Below are positions 32,360 through 40,873 of a stretch of DNA of 64,000 nucleotides, one piece after another. The notes under the pieces were generated by a model. The model was given only the letters and a program-made list of their open reading frames with translations, did not search any database and was not told where the DNA came from. Every line of letters starts with the position of its first letter. Position 1 is the first letter of the stretch. This stretch comes from Thermoanaerobaculia bacterium. Its GTDB lineage: Bacteria; Acidobacteriota; Thermoanaerobaculia; Multivoradales; JAHEKO01. Made by a program: the position numbers and the translations under genes. The stretch is taken from assembly GCA_049678185.1 (NCBI GenBank), contig JBAUDS010000025.1, forward strand, positions 8,016 through 72,015, given 5' to 3'.

Positions 32360-35086
32360 ATGATCGGTAGCACGATCTCCCACTACAAGATTCTCGACAT
32401 GCTTGGTGAAGGTGGCATGGGCGAGGTGTATCGGGCGCACGACAGCCAGCTGGGTCGAGAGGTAGCAATCAAGGTTCTGCCGGAAGTCTTTACCCAGGAC
32501 GAGGAGCGGCTGGCGCGTTTCGAGCGTGAGGCGCGCATGCTGGCGGCTCTGGATCACGTCAATATCGCCTCGATCTATGGCTTGGAGGAGGTCGACGGCA
32601 AGCGTTTCCTGGTGATGCAGCTCGCCGAGGGCGAGACCCTGCAAGAACGGATCGCCCGCGGCCCGGTGCCGGCGCAGGAAGCCCTGAAGATCGCACTGCA
32701 GATCGCCGAAGCGCTGGAGACCGCCCATGCCAAGGGCATCATCCATCGCGATCTAAAACCCGCCAACGTCATGGTCGACGACCAGGGACAGGTCAAGGTG
32801 CTCGATTTCGGGCTGGCAAAAGCCCTCGAGGGCGACCCAACCGCGTCGGGCTCCCACCCTTCGCTGATGGAGTCGCCGACCCTTACCGCGCAGATGACCG
32901 GGCACGGAGTCCTGCTGGGCACCGCTGCCTACATGAGCCCCGAGCAGGCCCGCGGTGAGGCGGCCGACAAGCGGGCCGACCTCTGGGCATTTGGCGTGGT
33001 GCTTTGGGAGATGCTGACCGGCCACCAACTCTTTGTCGGCAACACCCTGTCCGACACTCTGGCCGGGGTGCTCCGCGACGAGCCGAAGCTCGAGGCTCTG
33101 CCGCACGAGACTCCGGCTGCGGCTCGACGACTGGTGCGTCGTTGTCTGGAAAAGGACGTTCATGAGCGCCTTTCCGACGCCGCGACAGCGCGGCTCGAGC
33201 TCGAAGATGCCCTGGCCGGCCGCGGTGACCTGGAGGGGGAGGCCTTGGCGGCAACGACGGCGACCACACCCACGTGGCAGCGAATCCTGCCGTGGGCTCT
33301 GCTGGCGGCATCGGCATTGGCGCTGGTCGCGGTCTTGGTGACCGGAGGCGCACCCGAGGTCTCGCCGCAGCGCCCGATCCGGTTGAACGCCGAGCTCTCG
33401 GTCGATCCACTGTTCGTCCGCCTCGGCTCCAGCGTCGTGCTCTCTCCCGACGGCTCACGGATTGCCTATGTGTCGGAGGGCGAGAACGAGGTCGACACTC
33501 TCTACCTGCGATCGCTCGACCAGCTCGACCCGGTGGAGATCGCCAGCGGGCCGACCGGCTCACAGCCCTACCACCCGTTCTTCTCGCCCGACGGCCAGTG
33601 GCTCGGGTTCACCACTCCCGGTGAGCTCAAGAAGGTACCGGTCACGGGTGGAACCCCGATGACTCTGTGCGAGGTCGAGCGCAGCCGCGGAGCCACCTGG
33701 ACGGCGGACGACATCGTGGTCTTCGCCCCATCGGGTTCGAGTCCACTCCACAAGGTGTCAGCCACCGGCGGTGAGTCCCAACCCCTGACCACCTTCGATG
33801 AAGAACGTGGGGACAACACCCATCGCTGGCCCCACACCCTCCCCGACGGCAAATGGGTGATCTATTCCCTCGGCTATCAGGGGCTCAGCAGTGCCGACCA
33901 GGCGATCGTCGCGGCAGCCAATGTCGAGACCGGTGAGAGCAAGACGCTCATCGAGGGCGGCTACTACGCCCAATACGTCCCCACGGGACACCTGGTCTTC
34001 ATGCGTGACGCGACTCTTTTTGCGGTCACTTTCGATCCCGAGAAGGTCGAGCTCACCGGGTCCCCGGCGCCGATTGTCCAGGGAATCGTCACCAATACCG
34101 GTGGGGGAGGGGCCCAATACAGCTTTTCGAACGATGGGACTCTCGCCTACATCGGGGGCGTCATGGAGATACCCACGTACCCGGTGGCCTGGGTCGACCG
34201 GGAGGGTGCCACCTCGACACTGTGGGATACCGCGGCCAGCTACGGAGCGCCTGCACTCTCCCCGGATGGCAAGCGACTGGCGCTTTCGGTTCTGCGCGAG
34301 GACAACTGGGATGTCTGGGTCTACGACCTCGAAAGGGAGGTCGCGACCCGGTTGACCTTTTACGACGGCTACGACGCCGACCAGTTCTGGTCCCACGATG
34401 GGCAGTACCTCTTCTTCAGCTCGGATCGGGACGGCGATGTCCGTCCCTATCGCAAGCGGGCGGACGGCTCGGGCGAGGCCGAGCGTTTGAGTGAGGGCGA
34501 GGTGAGGTTCTATCCGCTCTCGGTGTCGCCCGACGGGCGATGGGCGATCGGCGAGTCGGAGTCGGACAACATCGACATCGTGATCCTCGATCTCGAGACG
34601 CAGGGTGACCCCGAGCCCTGGCTGGCTACCGAGTTCATGGATCGGGACCCACAGTTTTCACCCGATGGCCGGTGGGTCGCTTACTCCTCGAACGAATCGG
34701 GGATCTACGAGATCTACGTGCGTCCCTTTCCCGCCGCCGGTGGTCGCTGGCAGGTCTCGGATGGTGGCGGGCGTTTTCCACGGTGGTCGGGAGATAGCTC
34801 CGAGCTCTTCTATCGCACCAACGAGGGATTGATGGTGGCTGCCCTCGAGACGGTGGGAGATTCCTTCCAGGTCGGCAAGGCGAAGACGCTTTTCGAAGGG
34901 TCTTTCAGAGGGGGGATGTTCGGCATCGGTATCGGTGGCTTTATCTTCAGCGATTTCGCCGTCGACCCCGCCGGCCAGCGCTTTGTGATGTTCCCCGACA
35001 CCGATCCGCGCTCGGCCAATACCCACGCCACCCTCGTCTTCAACTGGTTCGACGAATTGGAGCGGACCCTCCCGACGACAAACTAG
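32360..35086 (+). CDS. Ser/Thr protein kinase fused through one TM helix to TolB/PD40-type beta-propeller repeats
   Basis: Kinase motifs GEGGMGEVYRA, HRDLKPANV, DFGLAK and GTAAYMSPEQ. TM helix ILPWALLAASALALVAVLV. Repeated PD40-like motifs (FSPDGQWLGF, LSPDGKRLAL, FSPDGRWVAYSSNESG). Confidence 0.85.
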   Translation: MIGSTISHYKILDMLGEGGMGEVYRAHDSQLGREVAIKVLPEVFTQDEERLARFEREARMLAALDHVNIASIYGLEEVDGKRFLVMQLAEGETLQERIARGPVPAQEALKIALQIAEALETAHAKGIIHRDLKPANVMVDDQGQVKVLDFGLAKALEGDPTASGSHPSLMESPTLTAQMTGHGVLLGTAAYMSPEQARGEAADKRADLWAFGVVLWEMLTGHQLFVGNTLSDTLAGVLRDEPKLEALPHETPAAARRLVRRCLEKDVHERLSDAATARLELEDALAGRGDLEGEALAATTATTPTWQRILPWALLAASALALVAVLVTGGAPEVSPQRPIRLNAELSVDPLFVRLGSSVVLSPDGSRIAYVSEGENEVDTLYLRSLDQLDPVEIASGPTGSQPYHPFFSPDGQWLGFTTPGELKKVPVTGGTPMTLCEVERSRGATWTADDIVVFAPSGSSPLHKVSATGGESQPLTTFDEERGDNTHRWPHTLPDGKWVIYSLGYQGLSSADQAIVAAANVETGESKTLIEGGYYAQYVPTGHLVFMRDATLFAVTFDPEKVELTGSPAPIVQGIVTNTGGGGAQYSFSNDGTLAYIGGVMEIPTYPVAWVDREGATSTLWDTAASYGAPALSPDGKRLALSVLREDNWDVWVYDLEREVATRLTFYDGYDADQFWSHDGQYLFFSSDRDGDVRPYRKRADGSGEAERLSEGEVRFYPLSVSPDGRWAIGESESDNIDIVILDLETQGDPEPWLATEFMDRDPQFSPDGRWVAYSSNESGIYEIYVRPFPAAGGRWQVSDGGGRFPRWSGDSSELFYRTNEGLMVAALETVGDSFQVGKAKTLFEGSFRGGMFGIGIGGFIFSDFAVDPAGQRFVMFPDTDPRSANTHATLVFNWFDELERTLPTTN

Positions 35087-35090
35087 GAAG

Positions 35091-35151
35091 AAAGAAAAGG
35101 GGACAGTCCACCCATTTCCATTCGGAAATAGGTGAGCTGTCCCCAGTTTTG
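35091..35151. terminator. Bidirectional intrinsic terminator between convergent genes
   Basis: AAAGAAAA is followed by GGGGACAG (35099-35106), which pairs with CTGTCCCC (35137-35144). An inner hairpin ATTTCC/GGAAAT is present, and AGTTTTG follows. Confidence 0.55.
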
Positions 35152-35170
35152 CGGTCTTAGAGCTAGAAGG

Positions 35171-35746
35171 TTACTTGCCCTTGTTCTTGAGGATCTTGTC
35201 CCACTTGTTGCCCATCTTGGTCAAGATGTTGTCGATCTGACCGGCCACCTTCTCCGGCTTTTGCTTGAGCGTCACCGTGCCGGTGCCGCGCCACACCATC
35301 TTCTTTTCAGACGGCTCGTAGGCATCGAGGATCAGAGTGCCGTCAGTATAGGTCTGGGAGGTAGTTGTCGAGGAGCCACCCATGCCGCCGTAGCCACCGT
35401 AGCCGTAACGGCCATAGCCGCCCCATCCTGGTCCCATGCCGCCGTAGCCATAGCTGGTGGTGTTGAAGACGGTGTTGTCCTGGGAGGTGACGTGATAGGT
35501 GACGTAGATGTCGCCGCCGTCGGCGACCTGACTCAGACCGCCTTCCCTCAGCTCCGTAAGAATCGCGTTCGTGATCCGGCTGTCGGTCAAGTCGCTGCCG
35601 GTGTTGGAATCCTTGGTTTCGACATAGGTAAAGGTCTTGACCTGACTAAAGTCGAAGTCGTGCGCGTAGTCGATAGTGATCTTCTGGGCCAACGCGGGGG
35701 TCGCCACCACCGCGAAAACGATCAACAAACCAAACATCTTTCTCAT
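35171..35746 (-). CDS. Exported DUF4136-like protein with a Gly/Tyr-rich insert
   Basis: ATG at 35746 with the SD AAGGAGAG. Signal peptide MFGLLIVFAVVATPALA. The pattern KITIDYAHDFDFSQ...LILDAYEPSEKKMVWRGTG resembles DUF4136. The insert is SYGYGGMGPGWGGYGRYGYGGYGGMGG. Confidence 0.55.
   Translation of the reverse strand: MRKMFGLLIVFAVVATPALAQKITIDYAHDFDFSQVKTFTYVETKDSNTGSDLTDSRITNAILTELREGGLSQVADGGDIYVTYHVTSQDNTVFNTTSYGYGGMGPGWGGYGRYGYGGYGGMGGSSTTTSQTYTDGTLILDAYEPSEKKMVWRGTGTVTLKQKPEKVAGQIDNILTKMGNKWDKILKNKGK
35379..35450. repeat. Exact 18-nt direct repeat, 54 nt apart, inside the Gly/Tyr-rich coding segment
   Basis: CCCATGCCGCCGTAGCCA occurs at 35379-35396 and again at 35433-35450. The 54-nt offset is in frame. 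Confidence 0.8.
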
Positions 35747-35830
35747 CAGCACTCTCCTTTTGGGAATGGATACTGCGGTACCGATCCAGTGTAGCACCCC
35801 TGCTCACCGGTTGCGGCGCTGAATGGGGGT

Positions 35831-36829
35831 CTATGGGTCGGTGGCGAAGTGGTCCCAGCCCCTGGCCGCCAGGGGCTGGGAGCCCCCGGTGGTGACCAGG
35901 CGCACACTCTTCTTTCTGGTCAGCTCTCCGATCCTGGTGCAGCGGTAGCGTGGGGGTGGCTCTTGGCGTGGTGGGAGGGCAAAGAGCAGGACGTAGTCCT
36001 CGCCGCCGGCCAGGGTGAGCTCGAGGGGGTCCTGCTTCAGAACCCGACAGAGATCCGAGAACCCGGCGGGATGGGGCAGAGAATCGGCCGTCAGGGAAGC
36101 CCCGACACCGCTCTCCCGGCAGAGCCGGTGGAGATCGAGGGCCAGTCCATCGGAGAGATCGATGGCGGCCACCCGGTTGCGGCCCGAGAGCCACTGTCCG
36201 AGCTCGATCTGGGGAATGGGGAGTAGATGACGCCGGACCGCCCGTCGTGCGGCGGCGGCGAGGCCGCGCTTGGCGCCAAACGTCCCGGGCAGATCGACCC
36301 GGCGGCCGCTCATGCGGGCTCCCCGGGCCAGCAGGAGCCGACCGGCGGCCGACTCCCCTAGAGTGCCGCCGACCCAGAGGACATCGCCTGCCCTGCCGTG
36401 CGAGCGGCGTAGCCAACGCCCCTTGGGGTTCTTGCTTCCGACCAGGGTCAGTGAGGCGGTAGCTGTTGGACTCCGCGCCAGATCCCCACCGGCCAGCTCG
36501 ACATCGAGCCGCGAGCAGGCGCGGAGCAGCGAGGCAAAGAGACGCCGGGTGTCGAAGCCCGGTGGCACGGCGAGGGCCAGAAATGCGAATCGGGGTTGCG
36601 CTCCCATGGCAGCCAGATCGGAGCCGTTGACCGCCAGCAGACGACGGGCCAGGATCGCGGGGTCGAGACCCTCGGGGTAGTGAACACCGGCGATCTGGTG
36701 ATCCACCGTCACCGCCCACTCGCCCCGAGCCGAGATGACCGCCCCGTCGTCTCCCAGCAGCGCCTGGCCGGCCCGGTCGGACCGCTGGCGCAGCCACTCG
36801 ACGAGGGCGTCTTCGCTGCCGAGCTTCAT
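35831..36829 (-). CDS. thiL: Thiamine-monophosphate kinase
   Basis: GDDGAVI...TVDHQIAGVHY...LAVNGSDLAAMGAQP is the ThiL/AIR-synthase-like pattern. The start overlaps the lon stop (ATGA). Confidence 0.85.
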   Translation of the reverse strand: MKLGSEDALVEWLRQRSDRAGQALLGDDGAVISARGEWAVTVDHQIAGVHYPEGLDPAILARRLLAVNGSDLAAMGAQPRFAFLALAVPPGFDTRRLFASLLRACSRLDVELAGGDLARSPTATASLTLVGSKNPKGRWLRRSHGRAGDVLWVGGTLGESAAGRLLLARGARMSGRRVDLPGTFGAKRGLAAAARRAVRRHLLPIPQIELGQWLSGRNRVAAIDLSDGLALDLHRLCRESGVGASLTADSLPHPAGFSDLCRVLKQDPLELTLAGGEDYVLLFALPPRQEPPPRYRCTRIGELTRKKSVRLVTTGGSQPLAARGWDHFATDP

Positions 36830-39249
36830 CGCCGGGCTGGACGTTTCTTCTTGGACGATCGGGTGCTCTTCTTGGCGGCTTTCTTTTTTCCGGTGGAGGA
36901 GATCAGGGCGATGTCGAGCACCTCGTCCATGTGCTCGACAAAGTGGAATTTGAGGCCCTTCTTGAGATGCTCGGGGATCTCCCCCAGGTCCCGTTTGTTG
37001 AGCTTGGGGAGCACGATGGCCTTGACCCCCGCACCGCGAGCGGCCAGGACCTTCTCCTTCAGGCCACCGATCGGCAGCACATCGCCACGCAGGGTGATCT
37101 CGCCGGTCATGGCGATGCGGCGGCTCACCGGTCTGGTCTTGAGCACGGAGACGATGGCGGTGGCGATGGTGATGCCGGCCGACGGACCGTCTTTGGGGAC
37201 CGAGCCGGCGGGAACATGGATATGGATGTCGTGGGTGGTGAAGTAATCGTTCGGCAGACCGTCTTCGGCGCAGCAGGATCGGGAGAAGCTGAGAGCGGCC
37301 TGAGCCGACTCCTTCATGACCTCGCCCAACTGACCGGTCAGACGTAGCTCTCCTTTGCCGGGGAGGGAAACGACCTCGATGAACAGAAGATCGCCGCCGG
37401 CCGCCGTCCAGGCGAGCCCGGTGGACACACCGGTGCGGTCGCTGTCAAGAAGCTCTTCGCTGAAATGCTTGGCCGGTCCCAGGAACTGCTCGACGGTCTC
37501 GGGTGTGACGACGATCTTCTTCTTGTTCTTGCCTCTCGCCACCCCCACCGCCACCTTGCGGCAGAGAGCCGCGAGCTCGCGCTCGAGGTTGCGGACCCCG
37601 GCCTCCTGGGTGTAGTTGGCGATGATCTTCCTGATCCCCGCAGCCGAAAACGTAATCAGCCGCCGGCTCAGCCCATGCAACTCCACCTGCTTGGGGATCA
37701 GATGCCGGCGGGCGATGTGCAGCTTCTCGTCACCGGTATAGCCGCTCAACCGGATGACCTCCATGCGGTCGAGAAAGGCGGGCTGAATCGGCTCCAGCAG
37801 ATTGGCGGTGGTAATAAACATGACCTGTGAGAGGTCGTAGGCCACTCCCAGATAGTGGTCGCGAAAGCTGTGGTTCTGCTCGGGGTCCAGGACCTCGAGC
37901 AGGGCCGAGGAGGGATCGCCGCGGAAGTCGGATCCCACCTTGTCGATCTCGTCCAACATGAAGACCGGGTTACTGGTCTTGGCCTGGTTGATGCCCTGGA
38001 CGATGCGTCCGGGCAGCGCTCCTACATAAGTGCGTCGGTGACCCCGAATCTCTGCTTCGTCGCGGACACCGCCCAGGGAGATGCGTACGAATTCCCGCCC
38101 CAGCGCCCGGGCGATCGAGCGCCCGAGCGAGGTCTTGCCGACCCCGGGCGGCCCGACAAAGCAGAGTATCGGGCTCTTGGTGTCGTTTTTGAGCTTGCGG
38201 ACCGCAAGGTACTCGAGGATGCGCTCCTTGACCTTTTCCAGATCGTAGTGGTCCTGGTCCAGGATCTTGCGGGCGTTGTCGAGGTCCAGCCGATCCTCGC
38301 TGTAGGTGACCCAGGGCAGTCCGGTCATCCACTCCAGATAGGTGCGAATGATGGCGGTCTCGGCGCTCTCGGGATGGCTCCGCTCGAGCCTCTTGAGCTG
38401 CTTCTCGACCTCCTCGTAGGCCTCCTCGGGCATGCCCTTTTCCCTGGCCAGCTGGCGGAATATGGCCACCTCCTCGTCGAGCTCCAGACCTTCTCCCAGC
38501 TCCTGCTGGATGGCCTTGAGCTGCTGGCGCAGGAAATACTCGCGCTGACCCCTGTCCATCTCGCCGCGGGCCTGGAGCGAGATCTCCTGCTGCATCTTGA
38601 GCAACTGGATCTCGCGCATGAGGAGATCGTTGATGGTTTTGAGACGCCGGAACGGGGAGGAGGCCTCGAGAATCTTCTGGGCATCCTCGGTCTTGAGCTC
38701 GAGGTTGCCCGCGGCCAGGTCGGCGAGCCGTCCCGGCTCGTCCAGATTGGCCGCCAGGATCATGACCTCGGAGGAGATGCTCTTGCCCAGGTTGACGACC
38801 GTGTCGAGCCCCTCCTTGACGGCGCGGGTCAAAGCCTCGAGCTCGAGTGAGGGCTCGTCCACCGGGTACTCGTCGATCTGCTCGACCTTGGCCTTGAGAA
38901 AGGGCTCGTTCTGACTGAAATGCTCGATCCGTGCACGGCTCAGACCCTGGACCAGAATGCGGATCCTGCCGTCGGGGAGCTTCAACATCCTCATGATCAG
39001 GGCCGCGGTTCCCCAGTGGTAAATGTCGTCCTGGCCCGGCTCCTCCACGGTCGGATCCTTCTGCGCGACCAGCATGATGATGCGGTTCTCCGCTAACGCC
39101 TGATCGACCGCCTGGATGCTCTTGTCCCGCCCAACGGACAGCGGCAGGATGATGTAGGGGAAGAGCACGACATCCTTCAACGGCAGGACCGGAAGGATGT
39201 CGGGGAGCTTCATCGCCTCTTCGGGGCTCTGCTCCTGCGGCTTGTTCAT
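36826..39249 (-). CDS. lon: ATP-dependent Lon protease (807 aa) with basic C-terminal tail
   Basis: ATG at 39249 (MNKPQEQSPEEAMKLPDILPVLPLKDVVLFPY...). Walker A GPPGVGKTS and catalytic PKDGPSAGITIATA are present. The tail is GKKKAAKKSTRSSKKKRPARR. The track ORF start at 39654 runs into nrdR. Confidence 0.9.
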   Translation of the reverse strand: MNKPQEQSPEEAMKLPDILPVLPLKDVVLFPYIILPLSVGRDKSIQAVDQALAENRIIMLVAQKDPTVEEPGQDDIYHWGTAALIMRMLKLPDGRIRILVQGLSRARIEHFSQNEPFLKAKVEQIDEYPVDEPSLELEALTRAVKEGLDTVVNLGKSISSEVMILAANLDEPGRLADLAAGNLELKTEDAQKILEASSPFRRLKTINDLLMREIQLLKMQQEISLQARGEMDRGQREYFLRQQLKAIQQELGEGLELDEEVAIFRQLAREKGMPEEAYEEVEKQLKRLERSHPESAETAIIRTYLEWMTGLPWVTYSEDRLDLDNARKILDQDHYDLEKVKERILEYLAVRKLKNDTKSPILCFVGPPGVGKTSLGRSIARALGREFVRISLGGVRDEAEIRGHRRTYVGALPGRIVQGINQAKTSNPVFMLDEIDKVGSDFRGDPSSALLEVLDPEQNHSFRDHYLGVAYDLSQVMFITTANLLEPIQPAFLDRMEVIRLSGYTGDEKLHIARRHLIPKQVELHGLSRRLITFSAAGIRKIIANYTQEAGVRNLERELAALCRKVAVGVARGKNKKKIVVTPETVEQFLGPAKHFSEELLDSDRTGVSTGLAWTAAGGDLLFIEVVSLPGKGELRLTGQLGEVMKESAQAALSFSRSCCAEDGLPNDYFTTHDIHIHVPAGSVPKDGPSAGITIATAIVSVLKTRPVSRRIAMTGEITLRGDVLPIGGLKEKVLAARGAGVKAIVLPKLNKRDLGEIPEHLKKGLKFHFVEHMDEVLDIALISSTGKKKAAKKSTRSSKKKRPARR

Positions 39250-39284
39250 TTCCTTGTTTTCTTCCTGAGCCAGCGCCGAGACAT

Positions 39285-39743
39285 TCAGCCACGGTGCCGC
39301 AAAAGATTCTTCAGCTCGCTCATGAACTCGTCGATGTCCTCGAACTTCCGGTAGACCGAAGCGAAGCGAACGTAGGCTACTTGATCGAGTTGACGGAGAT
39401 GGGTCATGACATAGGTGCCGATTTCCGTGGTCGCCATCTCCCGATCCTCCCGCTCGTGGAGCTGTTGTTCGACAGCGTCCACGATCTCGTCGAGGCTCTT
39501 TGCCGCAACCGGGCGCTTCTCGCAGGCCTTGTGTAACCCGACCAGGAGTTTCTTGCGATCGAACTCGACCCGGGTGCCATCCCGCTTGACGACCATGTAG
39601 GGGATGTCCTCGATCCGCTCGTAGGATGTGAACCTCCGGCCGCAGGACAGACACTCACGACGTCGACGGACGGTCAGCCCATTCTGGGTCTCGCGCGAGT
39701 CGACGACTCGATCGTTCGTCTGGGCGCAGAAGGGGCACTTCAT
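39285..39743 (-). CDS. nrdR: Transcriptional repressor NrdR
   Basis: MKCPFCAQTNDRVVDSRETQNGLTVRRRRECLSCGRRFTSYE is the zinc ribbon. An ATP-cone domain follows. Confidence 0.9.
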   Translation of the reverse strand: MKCPFCAQTNDRVVDSRETQNGLTVRRRRECLSCGRRFTSYERIEDIPYMVVKRDGTRVEFDRKKLLVGLHKACEKRPVAAKSLDEIVDAVEQQLHEREDREMATTEIGTYVMTHLRQLDQVAYVRFASVYRKFEDIDEFMSELKNLLRHRG

Positions 39744-39789
39744 GGCAGCTGGGAATACTACTCGAAAGCTGCTGAGAATGCCTTGTCGG

Positions 39790-40767
39790 TCAGCTCTCGG
39801 AGTTGGGTCGAATCTCCACCACGAACCTCATGCCCTGGGTGTCGCCGGACTGGTCCAGGTCCATGTCGACTTCTTTGAACTCACGGACAATGTGGTGCTC
39901 GGCGTCCTCGACCTTGAGCTTCAAGGAGACTCTGCGGGCTCGCTCGAAGGTTGGCCGATCGAGCTTCAGCAGCACGCCCTGCCGTGGCATTTCCTTCTTC
40001 GGCGCTGGCGGCGCGGGCTCGGTTTTGGGGGCGGCTGCTGGTGGGGCCGGTGAAGGGGGTCGAGCCCGGCTCGCAGCAGCCACGGTACGCGGTGCCGACC
40101 TTGCCTTCTGCCGAGCGGCGACCGACATGGCTTTTGCCGCCGGCGCATCTTCGAGATTGGATGGACGGGTGTCCCCGTTCTCGAGCTGGCTCTTCAGCGA
40201 CACGAGCGTCCGCTTGGAGATGGCTCTCAGGGTCTCGAACACACCAAGGCCGGTGAGAGCCGAAGCTTCTATCCGGGGCGTACCGTTGACACCCAATGTG
40301 TCGTCGAGCTCCTCGACCGATGCGACCCCCTGGAGATCACGCTTGTTGTACTGATAGACCAGCGGCAGGGCCTCCATGGGGATCTCCAGATCGGAGAGAT
40401 TGGTTTCGAGGTTGAGCAGCGATTCCCGATTCGCCGAGGTCATTGTCCGTTGGGAGTCGGCGACAAAGACCACACCGTCGACCCCTTTGAGCACCAACTT
40501 TCTCGTTGTGTTGTAAAAGACCTGTCCCGGCACGGTGTAGAGCTGAATGCGTGTCCTGAGGCCGGCGATGGTTCCCACTTCCAGGGGAAGCAGGTCGAAG
40601 AAGAGAGTCCGGTCGGCTTCGGTCTCGAGAGAGACCATCTCGCCGCGCGCGGCCCCCGTCGTGTGATCGTAGATGTACTGGAGATTGGTGGTCTTGCCGC
40701 ACAGTCCAGGGCCGTAGTAGACGACCTTGACGGTCATCTGTTTCATGCTGAAGTTGAACGAAACCAT
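39790..40767 (-). CDS. mglA: MglA-family Ras-like GTPase with about 130-aa C-terminal extension
   Basis: KVVYYGPGLCGKTTNLQYIY, DRTLFFD, LYTVPGQVFY, KGVDGVVFVADSQ and YQYNKRDL align almost block for block with Myxococcus MglA as I recall it. The extension has a P/A-rich linker and an unrecognised terminal domain. Confidence 0.85.
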   Translation of the reverse strand: MVSFNFSMKQMTVKVVYYGPGLCGKTTNLQYIYDHTTGAARGEMVSLETEADRTLFFDLLPLEVGTIAGLRTRIQLYTVPGQVFYNTTRKLVLKGVDGVVFVADSQRTMTSANRESLLNLETNLSDLEIPMEALPLVYQYNKRDLQGVASVEELDDTLGVNGTPRIEASALTGLGVFETLRAISKRTLVSLKSQLENGDTRPSNLEDAPAAKAMSVAARQKARSAPRTVAAASRARPPSPAPPAAAPKTEPAPPAPKKEMPRQGVLLKLDRPTFERARRVSLKLKVEDAEHHIVREFKEVDMDLDQSGDTQGMRFVVEIRPNSES

Positions 40768-40873
40768 AGAAATACTCCGGCAAATTCGGCCGCGGGAGAC
40801 CCGATGTTATCACTCGGCCGGAGAGGAAAGTGTTAGATACTCCGCGCCCGCGGGTGACATCTATTAGCGGCTG

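Noticed and set aside
39250-39654. Upstream extension of the lon ORF (the track start at 39654 gives 942 aa). Similar over-long starts appear for mlaE (10098), mlaD (8294), the OmpA-like gene (32746), hrcA (41764), the AbiEii-like gene (30833), the XRE gene (31509) and rplS (61368).
   Set aside because: The extensions overlap neighbouring real genes, for example nrdR. They lack homology-like sequence. Internal starts reproduce the canonical N-termini of each family.
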